From a virus (taxonomy: Duplodnaviria > Heunggongvirae > Uroviricota > Caudoviricetes), in the IMG/VR virus record IMGVR_UViG_3300031718_000177: a stretch of 20,430 nt of DNA; one strand, given 5' to 3'. Each line of letters begins with the position of its first letter. Within the stretch, counting starts at the first letter, position 1. The translations under genes and the position numbers were made by a program. The notes beneath the pieces were generated by a model. The model did no database searches, was not told the origin of the DNA, and saw nothing but the letters and a program-made list of their open reading frames with translations. Positions 1-8,900 of the stretch are shown one piece after another.

Positions 1-465
1 GGTAATCTTGCCATTTTCATTTACTAGTAGATTATCTCTTTTAGATTCATAATAGAAACCACTGACTAATCCATATCTTATACTAGGGACTTCCTCAAAT
101 ATACGACGATATAAGTGATATTTAGCATCTGGTGGCAAACATGCCTCAATACTGAATAAACTTACGAATATATTAGGTTGAAAAGGCCAATCTTTTAGAT
201 ATTTTAGAACACCAATAGTGTAATCACCTTCTATAAAGTTTTTGATATTATTAGGGTTATTGTAGTCGATGGCTAGATAGTTATCAACGACGCACGAATA
301 TTGTAAATATTCATTCAATCCAGAACCCAAATCAATGACATTTCCATAATTATGGGAGCAACATATAGAGCCAAACAAATTAAACATAGAACCATGCTGC
401 TTCCTGACAACAGGTTCTTCCAGATATTCTCTATATTGGTCATAGAAATCATCATCGTATGGCAT
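1..465 (-). CDS. Partial (runs off the left edge) putative class I SAM-dependent methyltransferase-like protein; not in the ORF track
   Basis: Manual translation from ATG at 465: MPYDDDFYDQYREYLEEPVVRKQHGSMF...GNVIDLGSGLNEY...YLAIDY...FVSLFSIE..., open to position 1. VIDLGSG resembles SAM-binding motif I. Confidence 0.6.
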   Translation of the reverse strand, partial: MPYDDDFYDQYREYLEEPVVRKQHGSMFNLFGSICCSHNYGNVIDLGSGLNEYLQYSCVVDNYLAIDYNNPNNIKNFIEGDYTIGVLKYLKDWPFQPNIFVSLFSIEACLPPDAKYHLYRRIFEEVPSIRYGLVSGFYYESKRDNLLVNENGKIT

Positions 466-637
466 GTTTCGCCTCCACAATACTCGTAAAAATGTGTTTA
501 CTTGGATTCATTGTGTTCCAAACTTCTACGATGGTTTCTATCGGTTGGCCCTTGTGGGAATAGTAAAAATCCATAAACCTCTCTTTATTTCTGAGTGATA
601 AATGACTCATATCTATGTAAATTATACGCCTACGCAT
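452..637 (-). CDS. Small hypothetical protein (61 aa)
   Basis: Overlaps both minus-strand neighbours by 14-16 nt, consistent with an operon. No recognisable motif. Confidence 0.55.
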   Translation of the reverse strand: MRRRIIYIDMSHLSLRNKERFMDFYYSHKGQPIETIVEVWNTMNPSKHIFTSIVEAKHAIR

Positions 638-1071
638 TCCTCAAACTCCTCTCTGCTTGTTTCCTTGTATTCTTTTCCTACTACTTTAACATATTTTTTT
701 GGTCTGTCAATAGTGTCAAAATCAATGTTATACCACTTTTTGTACATTGCGTAGTGTTTATCTTCTGCTATTATCGGAACACTATATCTTTCAATGATAT
801 TCTCGTGCGTATCGTAGAGAATGCACAACGTACAATCCTTTGGCAGGAACAACTCACCGCCCAGATACCAACCGTCAAGACAATAGTTTTCCTCTTTTTC
901 ACATAAAAAGGATATATGTTTAAGAACCTGCTCTATTGAAAGTTCTGGGAAGGTTTCTAATTTATGCCAATCAAAAAAGGCATCGAAACACAGGTACTTC
1001 AAGGGCAAAGTTTTGGCAAAAGTGGTTTTGCCACACTGACTCATTGCCCAAATTACGATACGATTATCCAC
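622..1071 (-). CDS. P-loop NTPase, nucleotide/small-molecule kinase-like
   Basis: N-terminal beta strand followed by Walker A-like AMSQCGKTT; later YCLDGW as in NMP/shikimate-kinase-like folds; GTG start. Confidence 0.6.
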   Translation of the reverse strand: MDNRIVIWAMSQCGKTTFAKTLPLKYLCFDAFFDWHKLETFPELSIEQVLKHISFLCEKEENYCLDGWYLGGELFLPKDCTLCILYDTHENIIERYSVPIIAEDKHYAMYKKWYNIDFDTIDRPKKYVKVVGKEYKETSREEFEECVGV

Positions 1072-1085
1072 TTATTAAAAGAGTA

Positions 1086-1113
1086 TTGACAATCTCGTTC
1101 ACTCCGCTACAAT
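1086..1113 (+). promoter_or_regulatory. Sigma70-like promoter TTGACA-N16-TACAAT upstream of the SIMPL gene
   Basis: TTGACA at 1086-1091 and TACAAT at 1108-1113; AAGGA RBS-like sequence before ATG 1146. Confidence 0.6.
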
Positions 1114-1145
1114 GGGGACTTATCTTTTACAAAGGAACAAGATTT

Positions 1146-2187
1146 ATGTTGAAAAACATTTTTAGAGGAATAATTGCGACTTTGATGTTGTTGGGAACAA
1201 CGGTTTATGCTCAGGACAATACGCCCTCCCCGCAATCAAATGATGGATACAAAACTTTGGATGGCAATTGGGAGTACATCAAAGGTCTCGTTGATAAACA
1301 TTTTGAGGAAGCGAAAAATGATGGATACAAAACCTTGGATGACAATTGGGAACACCTTAAAGGTCTCGTTAAACAAACATTTTGGAGAAGCGAAAAAACA
1401 TGGACATCACTTAATTAAACATATGTGGGAAAAACATCACGAAGGGCTGTTCAGCGTACAAGGGCAGGCAACAGTAACGGCAGAACCCGATGAAGCTAAT
1501 ATTACTGTGAATATTTCAACGAAAAATATGGATGCTACGATTTCTCTAGAACGCAACAATAAAACTATGGAAAGTGTGCTTCATCTATTAGATGACTTTA
1601 AGATTCCGAAAAAAGACATTTCCACTTCTAATTTTAACTTCGGCAAAAGTTATAAGTACGAAAATAATAATAATGTATTCGATGGCTTCATAACATCAAA
1701 TACTATCACTGTCTGCGTTCGTGACTTTAAGGACAAATTAGGTAATATAATGACTAATTTAGTGGCCGTTCGTGCAAAAGAACTTGAAGGCCGTCGTCGG
1801 ACTGACCCAGAATGGTCTCAAAATACTTCTATCGACATAAGCGGATTATCTTTTTCTAGCAGTAAAATGCCCGAAAAGATAAGAGAAGCTAAGAAACTTG
1901 CTATCGAGGACGCACAGAAAAAGGCAGTATTATACGCAAAGTGCTTTGGTATCAAGACATACTGGCTATCTGGTTTTAGTGAAACTGGCAATATGCCAAG
2001 ACCGCATGTGCAATACAGTAGTGTGAGAATGGCCATTGCGGATTCTCCAGGCGGATCAGATGTTCCTGTATCTGGTGGTAGTTTATCCTATACTTCAACA
2101 ATGAATACTGAGTTTGGATTTAGGGTCGTAGAGAATGATGAAAGCAAAGTTCGTCCAGGGATGGGACAAATAGGCAACGATAATTAA
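1146..2187 (+). pseudogene. SIMPL (DUF541/BP26/YggE-like) domain protein with signal peptide, split by a +1 frameshift at about 1371-1373 (pseudogene, sequencing error, or restart at ATG 1423)
   Basis: ATG 1146 gives MLKNIFRGIIATLMLLGTTVYA|QD (signal peptide), and that frame stops at 1418. The SIMPL domain (FSVQGQATVTAEPDEANITVNI...DISTSNFNF...GFITSNTITV...AIEDAQKKAVLYA) is in the +1 frame ending at 2187. Comparing the two repeat copies places one extra A at 1371-1373. Confidence 0.75.
1239..1395 (+). repeat. Two-copy tandem repeat, 78-bp period (26 codons, NDGYKTLDxNWExxKGLVxKHFxEAK)
   Basis: aatgatggatacaaaactttggatggcaattggg... at 1239 and aatgatggatacaaaaccttggatgacaattggg... at 1317. 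The second copy has one extra base. Confidence 0.9.
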
Positions 2188-2188
2188 A

Positions 2189-2299
2189 TCGTGGGTTGGT
2201 GAGTAGAAATGTTCACTGTTATGCGGGCAGGAAGCCTCTACAACGCTGCGTTGTTGGCTCGGAAACCGAGCCAACCCTTTAGGGTCGTGGGTCATTGAC
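2189..2299. other. GC-rich palindromic intergenic element between convergent genes; possible IS200/IS605-type end remnant and/or terminator
   Basis: Perfect 10-bp hairpin gttggctcgg-aaa-ccgagccaac (2253-2275); GGGTTGG/CCAACCC ends (2193/2277); accct-tt-agggt hairpin; 8-bp direct repeat tcgtgggt at 2189 and 2285; ends ...tttagggtcgtgggtcattgac. Confidence 0.45.
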
Positions 2300-2320
2300 T
2301 GAGGTTCGTTTTTGAGGTTT

Positions 2321-3286
2321 TTATTTACTCAGAACATAATCAATAAATTGAACCGTCATTTGAAACTCGGGCATTGTTAGTTCGCCATTATCGTCTGTTA
2401 AGCCGACATGTTTAATTATGCGATTTACTATCTTAGGAGCAAAAAAATATCTCTCTGCTGGCTCTTTCATTATACGTTCATCTACTATTTTAAGACCGGC
2501 TTTCTCTATCCATCCACGATAAGTTCCGATAGGTCTAATTACTTTCTGCACGGTACTGTTGATGTCATCAAAGCCCAGAAAAGTCAATTCTTGTGGCGCT
2601 AGAACCAGATGTACATATGCCTTATTTAGGTCTTGATACATATGCGTACCGTGTCTGGAGCACCACGGATGTACTCTTAAATAAACCTTTCCATCTTGCT
2701 TTAATAACTCATCAGCAACTTTTTTCAATAATAGTCCCGGAGCGTCCATACCTTCTGAGACAAGTGCATGGTCAAGAACATCGTGTAGCATGATTACATC
2801 ATACGGCCCTTTCTCCTTCATATCTTGCCAGTTGGTTGTCAGATATAAATTATCCTTTTGAGGCAACTTGTTCCACTGCTGGGCTAGAATATCATATCCA
2901 ACAGCCAAAACAGCATAATTAGCTGCTTCAACGGCCACATGCCCTTCACCACAACCGAAGTCTAAGAATATTTTCCCATTTAAGTCGTCCTCAATAGTGT
3001 GAGCGACAATGCCCCTGGCTCTATCGTTCTTATCTTTTTCGCTATGCCTATCACATATAAGTGCGGGATTGACGGCAGTTGGCCATTCATCGGATTTCAC
3101 TAACTTTACAATATATTCGCTATCGTTTTGAGTATTTTCAACTGGCTGATTACCACTTACAACTTCAACTGGCCCCGCTGTAACGTAATGTCTTAATGGT
3201 GAAATTGTACCCTCACGCATTGTTTGTAACAATTCATACATCTGCTTCATTAGCATTTCTATTTGGTCAATTTTGTTGTCGTGCAT
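2321..3286 (-). CDS. Class I SAM-dependent methyltransferase, paralog 1 of 3
   Basis: FLDFGCGEG motif I, VGYDI motif II, YDVIMLHDVLDH, HPWCSRHGTH. Confidence 0.85.
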   Translation of the reverse strand: MHDNKIDQIEMLMKQMYELLQTMREGTISPLRHYVTAGPVEVVSGNQPVENTQNDSEYIVKLVKSDEWPTAVNPALICDRHSEKDKNDRARGIVAHTIEDDLNGKIFLDFGCGEGHVAVEAANYAVLAVGYDILAQQWNKLPQKDNLYLTTNWQDMKEKGPYDVIMLHDVLDHALVSEGMDAPGLLLKKVADELLKQDGKVYLRVHPWCSRHGTHMYQDLNKAYVHLVLAPQELTFLGFDDINSTVQKVIRPIGTYRGWIEKAGLKIVDERIMKEPAERYFFAPKIVNRIIKHVGLTDDNGELTMPEFQMTVQFIDYVLSK

Positions 3287-3321
3287 ATTATTAACCTAGT
3301 AATTTACTCTGATACTATATA

Positions 3322-4167
3322 GTGAAAATCGCAACAGTAATTAATGCCCACAAAAATCTTGAGCTTTTACTTGATACGATAGATAGTATCAAGACCTTCG
3401 TAACAGATGATATTTTGGTAGTGACCGATGCAGCCGGCGAACTCAAAAATATCAAACTACCCACTTATCAGATAGAAGGATTTTACCATAATTCCACTCG
3501 TTCGCCATATAGAAATGTTGCTCTAGGCTTGGGAAAGGCATACGAGTTATTTCCAGAAGCCGATTGGTTCTTGTATTGCGAACCTGATTGCCTTTTTACC
3601 TCCTCGGATTTTAAGTATAATCTAACAATAGCCGACCATAACGACATTTGGGTACTCGGTAATGATGTACAAAAAGATAGAATTAAACTACTTTTAATAG
3701 AGCAAATAATTAAAGAGAATATAAATGTTAGCTACTATAATTTGGGATGCTGCGTATTCTACTGTAATGAGTTTATACAAAGGTTAGTTGAGATAGATTT
3801 CTTTGATAAACTAATAAATATTAGCAATCACTTCACAGAAGGTTTTTTCCCGAAATACAATGGCTATGATTTGTCAGAACATCTTTATCCGACACTCTGT
3901 GTGCACTTCGGAGGAGATGTAGGAACGTTCGCAAGTTGGGACTCAAACAAGAAAGAATGGAGCGGTAATTACCGTCGTTTCCCAATGCGATGGAAGCCAG
4001 AAATAGATTTATCAGAAGTATATCCAGAGACATGTATATTACATCCAAATAAATCGGTGAATAGCGAAATAAGAAAAATACAAAGAGAGAAAAGACGATG
4101 CTTAAAAGAAGACCAACCGCAGCAGGGATTGTTATCGATATCAGACCGAGATACGCCCAAGCCGTAA
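3322..4167 (+). CDS. Glycosyltransferase-like protein (GT-A/GT2-like)
   Basis: KIATVINAH...ILVVTDA N-terminus and WFLYCEPD (DxD-like motif); cluster context. Confidence 0.6.
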   Translation: MKIATVINAHKNLELLLDTIDSIKTFVTDDILVVTDAAGELKNIKLPTYQIEGFYHNSTRSPYRNVALGLGKAYELFPEADWFLYCEPDCLFTSSDFKYNLTIADHNDIWVLGNDVQKDRIKLLLIEQIIKENINVSYYNLGCCVFYCNEFIQRLVEIDFFDKLINISNHFTEGFFPKYNGYDLSEHLYPTLCVHFGGDVGTFASWDSNKKEWSGNYRRFPMRWKPEIDLSEVYPETCILHPNKSVNSEIRKIQREKRRCLKEDQPQQGLLSISDRDTPKP

Positions 4168-4625
4168 GAACAGCCATAATTAATACGATATTACAGTTAG
4201 ATAACTTTTCGTTCATGGATGATCGCGTATACGTTTTTCATCCTGACTTGATAGATATCCCCACTACCCAAGGTTTACAAGTTGCCTCGGCGTTCTATTT
4301 CAAGCCCATCGAGAGGATGGATGTAGAAGATGCTCTGAGACAAACCACATATATGATTGGATATGATTGTCCTAACATGGATAAACATATAATTTTGATA
4401 ACAGACTACTACGACATAAGTAAAATATACAAATATAAGAAGCCATTACTGATTGATAAAAAAGAGGACTTTGAGTGTCAATTTCACTTTATAGGCATTG
4501 GCGAACAAAACTTCGAGATATTCTCCGAGTTTAATAATATAACATATCAAACCATAGAGAGCACTCAATTACAAAAAAGTTTGCAGGAGATAATAAAGCC
4601 AAATGAAACCAACCCCGCCATCTAG
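4098..4625 (+). CDS. Hypothetical protein, possibly a degenerate vWA-fold domain
   Basis: The pattern GIVID...DALRQT...HIILITD...FHFIGIG matches the vWA strand/helix order, but the DxSxS MIDAS motif is lost. Confidence 0.45.
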   Translation: MLKRRPTAAGIVIDIRPRYAQAVRTAIINTILQLDNFSFMDDRVYVFHPDLIDIPTTQGLQVASAFYFKPIERMDVEDALRQTTYMIGYDCPNMDKHIILITDYYDISKIYKYKKPLLIDKKEDFECQFHFIGIGEQNFEIFSEFNNITYQTIESTQLQKSLQEIIKPNETNPAI

Positions 4626-5514
4626 GTCCAATGCACCATCAAGTCCGTACCAAGTTAAAGGTCAGTTAGGCATCAATAGTAAAAATGTAATCAAAAGAGA
4701 AAATCTATCTGTTGGTGGAGGTTTTAATTTTGAGAAGGTGGATATAATTTGTGCCTTTCACGGGCAGTATGCCTCTGTGACTAAACTCGTAGGAAGTATT
4801 TACCGAAATACTAGGCGGCCATTTTTGCTTACGTTAGTAGATGACGCATCGTTGAATAACAAGTTTGTAGAAAGCTTAAATGACAAAACCAACATCAATT
4901 GTTTACGCACAGATGTCCAAGTGGGTTTCGGAGGGGCACTGAAAATTGGATACGAAAACACTAATTTCCCTTGGATAGTTTTCCTGCATTCGGATTGTTA
5001 CATCGACGATCCAGATTGGCTGAACAAAATGGGTAATAGTATGTTGGAACTAAAAGGTCAAGGAGTTAAAATGATATCGGCGACTATTGACAATCCCGGT
5101 GATGCCGATGGAATACCTAGTGAGTTAAAGTGCTCTTACAGACAAGTAGAATATACCGATGCAAAAGGGCAAAAACAACTTATGTCAGTACCGCAAATAG
5201 ATGAAAACACCAAAGATGTTATACTCAAAGAAGAAGAACATTTGCCGCTCATATGTACATTATGCCACAGGGACTTATTTCACCATATAAAGGGATTTGT
5301 TAAGGAATACCCGTATGCTTTTTATGAAGATGTAGAACTTGCGTATCGCATGAGGCATCATGGGTTCAAGCAGGCAATATGTAAAAAGGCATTTGTTAAA
5401 CATGCCGGACTAACCACGCTCCGTACTCTTTGGCGAACCAAAGAAGGTGTGAAAAAAGCTATGGACATGAACTACTATCGTTGTATAGAAGACATTAAAA
5501 GCTTGAAGAAATAG
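4603..5514 (+). CDS. Glycosyltransferase family 2
   Basis: VDIICAFH, LVDDAS, GFGGALKIG, WIVFLHSDC, FYEDVELAYRMRHHG. Confidence 0.85.
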   Translation: MKPTPPSRSNAPSSPYQVKGQLGINSKNVIKRENLSVGGGFNFEKVDIICAFHGQYASVTKLVGSIYRNTRRPFLLTLVDDASLNNKFVESLNDKTNINCLRTDVQVGFGGALKIGYENTNFPWIVFLHSDCYIDDPDWLNKMGNSMLELKGQGVKMISATIDNPGDADGIPSELKCSYRQVEYTDAKGQKQLMSVPQIDENTKDVILKEEEHLPLICTLCHRDLFHHIKGFVKEYPYAFYEDVELAYRMRHHGFKQAICKKAFVKHAGLTTLRTLWRTKEGVKKAMDMNYYRCIEDIKSLKK

Positions 5515-5534
5515 TCATTTCAATGTTGATTGCT

Positions 5535-6386
5535 TCACCATTTTGGGGAACCCTCGTTGTCAGTTTGTGGTATTTCTCGTAAAGATCTCGGAAGAAGATT
5601 GATAATAACTTCATTTTCTCCCTTTGGATTCTTGGGAATCATACTGCCCCAGAATTGGAATCTTTCTTGAGTAATATAATCTTTCTTGTCAGTATAAACA
5701 TTTATCCGGACGTTATATCTTGTTCTGGGGTCAATCGCGATATTAAACATTAGTTGCATATGCTCAGAACTTGAAAACTTGTCCGTTCTTGCTTCGCCAA
5801 AAACTTTCGTTTCACCACTATCTTCATATGTTACATCTTCTAGCCGTGCGACTAGTCCGACACGAGAATCCTTTATCCCAGAATGAGAAAGATCAACAGT
5901 CACACGAATATTCTGCGTTGCGGACTTATCCAACGGCGAAGGTTTGGATACAGGACGAGGCACATTCGGCACATCCCAGATAATATAGTCTACTTCGGGA
6001 AGAGCAGTAATTTCATTTAATTTCGACAATGGCATTTTTGCTCTAATTATATCCATCGATGTATACTCGATTATTTTGCCGACCTTCGAGACGATTTCAA
6101 TAATTTTCGAATGCGAAATATATATAACGACATCAGCCATCTCTCCTGGCTTGGCTTCTTTAATTGCCTTTTTCAATGATGGGGAGTCCTCGAACTTATC
6201 AATAGGTTCTTTGATTACAATTTTACTACCTACCGACTTCTTTTCATCCAATCGCTTCTGTTCCTCTACCCAATCGTTAAATTGATGTCCCATCGGAGGA
6301 TGAGCATTACGATACATCATAATTATTATGAATCCAAATACGAACAAAAGCAACCAGGGCATCGGATGACTAGGGTAATCTTTCAT
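5535..6386 (-). CDS. Membrane-anchored protein with a subtilase-propeptide (I9)-like domain and a YbaY/YscW-like C-terminal domain
   Basis: N-terminal TM helix WLLLFVFGFIIIMM; IIRAKMPLSKLNEITALPEVDYIIWD (I9-like); ARLEDVTYEDS...IDPRTRYNVRI (YbaY-like). Confidence 0.55.
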   Translation of the reverse strand: MKDYPSHPMPWLLLFVFGFIIIMMYRNAHPPMGHQFNDWVEEQKRLDEKKSVGSKIVIKEPIDKFEDSPSLKKAIKEAKPGEMADVVIYISHSKIIEIVSKVGKIIEYTSMDIIRAKMPLSKLNEITALPEVDYIIWDVPNVPRPVSKPSPLDKSATQNIRVTVDLSHSGIKDSRVGLVARLEDVTYEDSGETKVFGEARTDKFSSSEHMQLMFNIAIDPRTRYNVRINVYTDKKDYITQERFQFWGSMIPKNPKGENEVIINLLPRSLREIPQTDNEGSPKW

Positions 6387-7171
6387 AATTTCTCCATGTA
6401 CTCTTTCGGGAAATCAGCACTCAACAACCACGAAACGAACTTCCCACTTACGCCTATTATATCGTAATCCACAGAAATACTCAAGTCCTTGGATTTGTTG
6501 TCTAACGGTCTCTTTAAGCCCTCAAACATTCCGGCTATTGCTGCTAAGTAATCCTCATTCCTAGTGCTGTTATATTTTTGTACAAAATGGTTATGGTGGT
6601 TTAATGCGGCTTCTCTGATAGTTCTAGGATTATTCTTGAATGCCCCCTTATCCCATATCCTTCTATTCGCCCTTAATGTTTGATAAACATCAAAGTACTT
6701 ATGATAGCAAAAGTGTTTGCCTCTAACTACATGTTTGCCTATTGGTTCTTTGAGATAATCGTGAATACATTTAGCTCCAGTAGCTTCTAATTTGCTATAA
6801 TGAATTGTATCTGGCGTTTTCACATCCTCAAAAGGACACATATATTCCATATTTAGTATTTTGAGAGCCAGTATCCTTTCTTCTGTGAAGGTATCCCAAA
6901 GAGGGAAAAGTATAGAGTGCCAATTATTATGTTTTCCGATGGCTTGTGTAATTCTTTCGTAAGCATCATCGTTTAGCACGATGTCGCTATCCAAAGGAAT
7001 TAGATACTCTGTTTTACATTTTTCGAGCATTTTGTTGAGAGCAACGACTTGGGGGGTGATGTCCCTAACTTCATAGAACGTTATCTTTTCCCGAAATGGC
7101 TCAATCGCCCGCAAGCATTCAGCTTCGGTCTCTTCCCCGCAAGTCATGAGGCATATTGATATATTTTTCAT
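6383..7171 (-). CDS. Glycosyltransferase-like protein (GT-A/GT2-like)
   Basis: ISICLMTCG start, ALNKMLEKCKTEYLIPLDSDIVL (DxD motif). Confidence 0.7.
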   Translation of the reverse strand: MKNISICLMTCGEETEAECLRAIEPFREKITFYEVRDITPQVVALNKMLEKCKTEYLIPLDSDIVLNDDAYERITQAIGKHNNWHSILFPLWDTFTEERILALKILNMEYMCPFEDVKTPDTIHYSKLEATGAKCIHDYLKEPIGKHVVRGKHFCYHKYFDVYQTLRANRRIWDKGAFKNNPRTIREAALNHHNHFVQKYNSTRNEDYLAAIAGMFEGLKRPLDNKSKDLSISVDYDIIGVSGKFVSWLLSADFPKEYMEKL

Positions 7172-7206
7172 TTATGTTATTATGTATATAGAAATATAGA
7201 GGATTT

Positions 7207-7965
7207 ATGACTACCTTTACACATACCCCAATCAATATTACTCTTCCAGGCAAGTGGACAACATATGTAAATGATTTGCAGGGATTTGTACAAACTCTTA
7301 AAGTGCATCATTGGAGTAAGGGCTTAGTACCTTTCGAATTGTATGATTTCCAAAAAAGATATCTCGAACACTTAGATAGCAATCGATTTGTGATTGCATC
7401 CAAGTTTAGACAAGGCGGATTCACAACGGCAACAGCAATGTACGCTCTTTGGCTCTGTATGTATCGGCTTGACCAGAGAATATTCTTTATGTGTAAATAC
7501 GGTAGAGAAGCCATAAGAGTGTCGGAAATAGTAAACACCGCTATTAAAAATATGGATATTCACATGCGTCCAATTCTTAGTAAGAATAACGATCATCAAA
7601 AAATATTCACCAACACCAATAGCAGAATATTCTTCGGCAATTGGCAGGCGGCCTGCGGACACGCATTAACACATGTTATTATGGATGAGGCGGCTTTTAT
7701 GGATAATGCGGAACAATGTTGGCGAGCAACATTTCCTTGTATTGCTATCGGAGGCAATGCTATTGTTCTTTCTACACAAAATGGGCTAGGAACTTGGTTT
7801 GCAAAGGTACGACAAGATGCTCTAGAAGGCAAAAATAGCTTTTCGGTTTTTCAATCTCACTATAAAGAACATCCTGAATACAATAATGAGGAATTGGTAA
7901 GGCAATTACGATCCAACATGGGGGAAAAGGGATGGTTGCGAGAAATGGAACAAATGCTTATCTAA
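7207..7965 (+). CDS. Terminase large subunit-like ATPase domain (T4 gp17-like); no nuclease domain
   Basis: PFELYDFQ (Q motif), KFRQGGFTT (Walker A), VIMDEAAF (Walker B), LSTQNG (motif C); only 252 aa. Confidence 0.8.
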   Translation: MTTFTHTPINITLPGKWTTYVNDLQGFVQTLKVHHWSKGLVPFELYDFQKRYLEHLDSNRFVIASKFRQGGFTTATAMYALWLCMYRLDQRIFFMCKYGREAIRVSEIVNTAIKNMDIHMRPILSKNNDHQKIFTNTNSRIFFGNWQAACGHALTHVIMDEAAFMDNAEQCWRATFPCIAIGGNAIVLSTQNGLGTWFAKVRQDALEGKNSFSVFQSHYKEHPEYNNEELVRQLRSNMGEKGWLREMEQMLI

Positions 7966-8893
7966 CTTTTTTCTTTAACATATAGTCCACAAATTGAAGG
8001 TCTAGCGATTTCATTTCGGTGATACCCTGTTTTTCCAATATTCTGCGAAACTCGCCTCTATTGATATAAGCCGGAACTGGTTCTGAAATAATCTTCTCTT
8101 TTACTATCTCAAAGTCCTTAAACCATCTATGGTAGGTCGCTATCGGGTCAAGGGTCTTATAGCATATTGTTGGCTCAAACTCTTGAAGCTGCTTACTCTC
8201 AACAAACAGATGAATATAACTTTTGTTGATTTTCTTGTAGATGTGAGTCGCGTGGCTACTTGTCCACGGGTGCATACGAGCATAGATAACTCCGTTGTCT
8301 GCGAGTAATTTCTTTGTCTTAGAGATTACGTCCTCTGGATTGAAAGCGTGGTCAATTACATCGGCAAGTAAAATAACATCAAACTTTTCATCTATATCGT
8401 GAAAGTTAGAGGTAAATCTAACATTTTCATCTTTAAGATTATCCCAAGATAACTTTTCCTCTATATCATACCCAACTGCCAATTTAGCTTTTGCTCGTTT
8501 AACAGCCATTTGAGTAACATGACCTTCCCCGCATCCGAAATCTAGAAAAGTGAGACCTTGTAAATTGGTGATGTCTAGTGCGTCAAGAAGCCCGCATGCT
8601 CGCTTCACACGGGATTGCTCGGTTTCTTGTGATATAGCGAAGGGTGGGACAGATACCGGCCACTTCGGATCATCTTGAACCCGCTTTAAGTCAAGATATA
8701 TAACTTCTTTTACGGGTTCTAGGTGTTTTACTGGGTCTAAGTGTTTTAGGTGCTTTACTGGTTCTAAATGCTTAGTAGATTTCTGGGGTTCTAATATAAA
8801 ACCTAAGTCGTCAGGTTTGCCCATTTCTTGCCTAATTCTAGCTATTATAGCTTCTATCATCTTTAAGTATTGTTCTATTTTAGTTGCATTCAT
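7958..8893 (-). CDS. Class I SAM-dependent methyltransferase, paralog 2 of 3 (probable start ATG 8893, MNATKIEQ)
   Basis: FLDFGCGEG, VGYDI, FDVILLADVIDH, HPWTSSHATH. ATG 8893 lies 7 nt after the upstream stop, avoiding the 41-nt overlap of the track start. Confidence 0.85.
   Translation of the reverse strand: MNATKIEQYLKMIEAIIARIRQEMGKPDDLGFILEPQKSTKHLEPVKHLKHLDPVKHLEPVKEVIYLDLKRVQDDPKWPVSVPPFAISQETEQSRVKRACGLLDALDITNLQGLTFLDFGCGEGHVTQMAVKRAKAKLAVGYDIEEKLSWDNLKDENVRFTSNFHDIDEKFDVILLADVIDHAFNPEDVISKTKKLLADNGVIYARMHPWTSSHATHIYKKINKSYIHLFVESKQLQEFEPTICYKTLDPIATYHRWFKDFEIVKEKIISEPVPAYINRGEFRRILEKQGITEMKSLDLQFVDYMLKKKVR
8711..8773 (-). repeat. In-frame 18-bp/9-bp minisatellite encoding KHLEPV-KHL-KHLDPV-KHLEPV
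   Basis: Visible in the translation and the DNA; lies in the linker of MTase paralog 2. Confidence 0.85.
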
Positions 8894-8900
8894 AGGTGTC

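Noticed and set aside
1368-1374. GTTAAAC as a -1 ribosomal slippery site
   Set aside because: The upstream frame reads GTT AAA C and a +1 shift is needed, so the phase does not fit X XXY YYZ -1 frameshifting.
936-1418. Track starts at 936 and 1207 as real genes
   Set aside because: 936 overlaps an opposite-strand gene and the promoter, and 1207 reads the repeat out of frame. ATG 1146 with an RBS and signal peptide explains the locus better.
2193-2277. tRNA gene (85 nt, 7-bp acceptor-like stem)
   Set aside because: No TTCGA-type T loop (only AAA), no GG in the D loop and no convincing anticodon arm.
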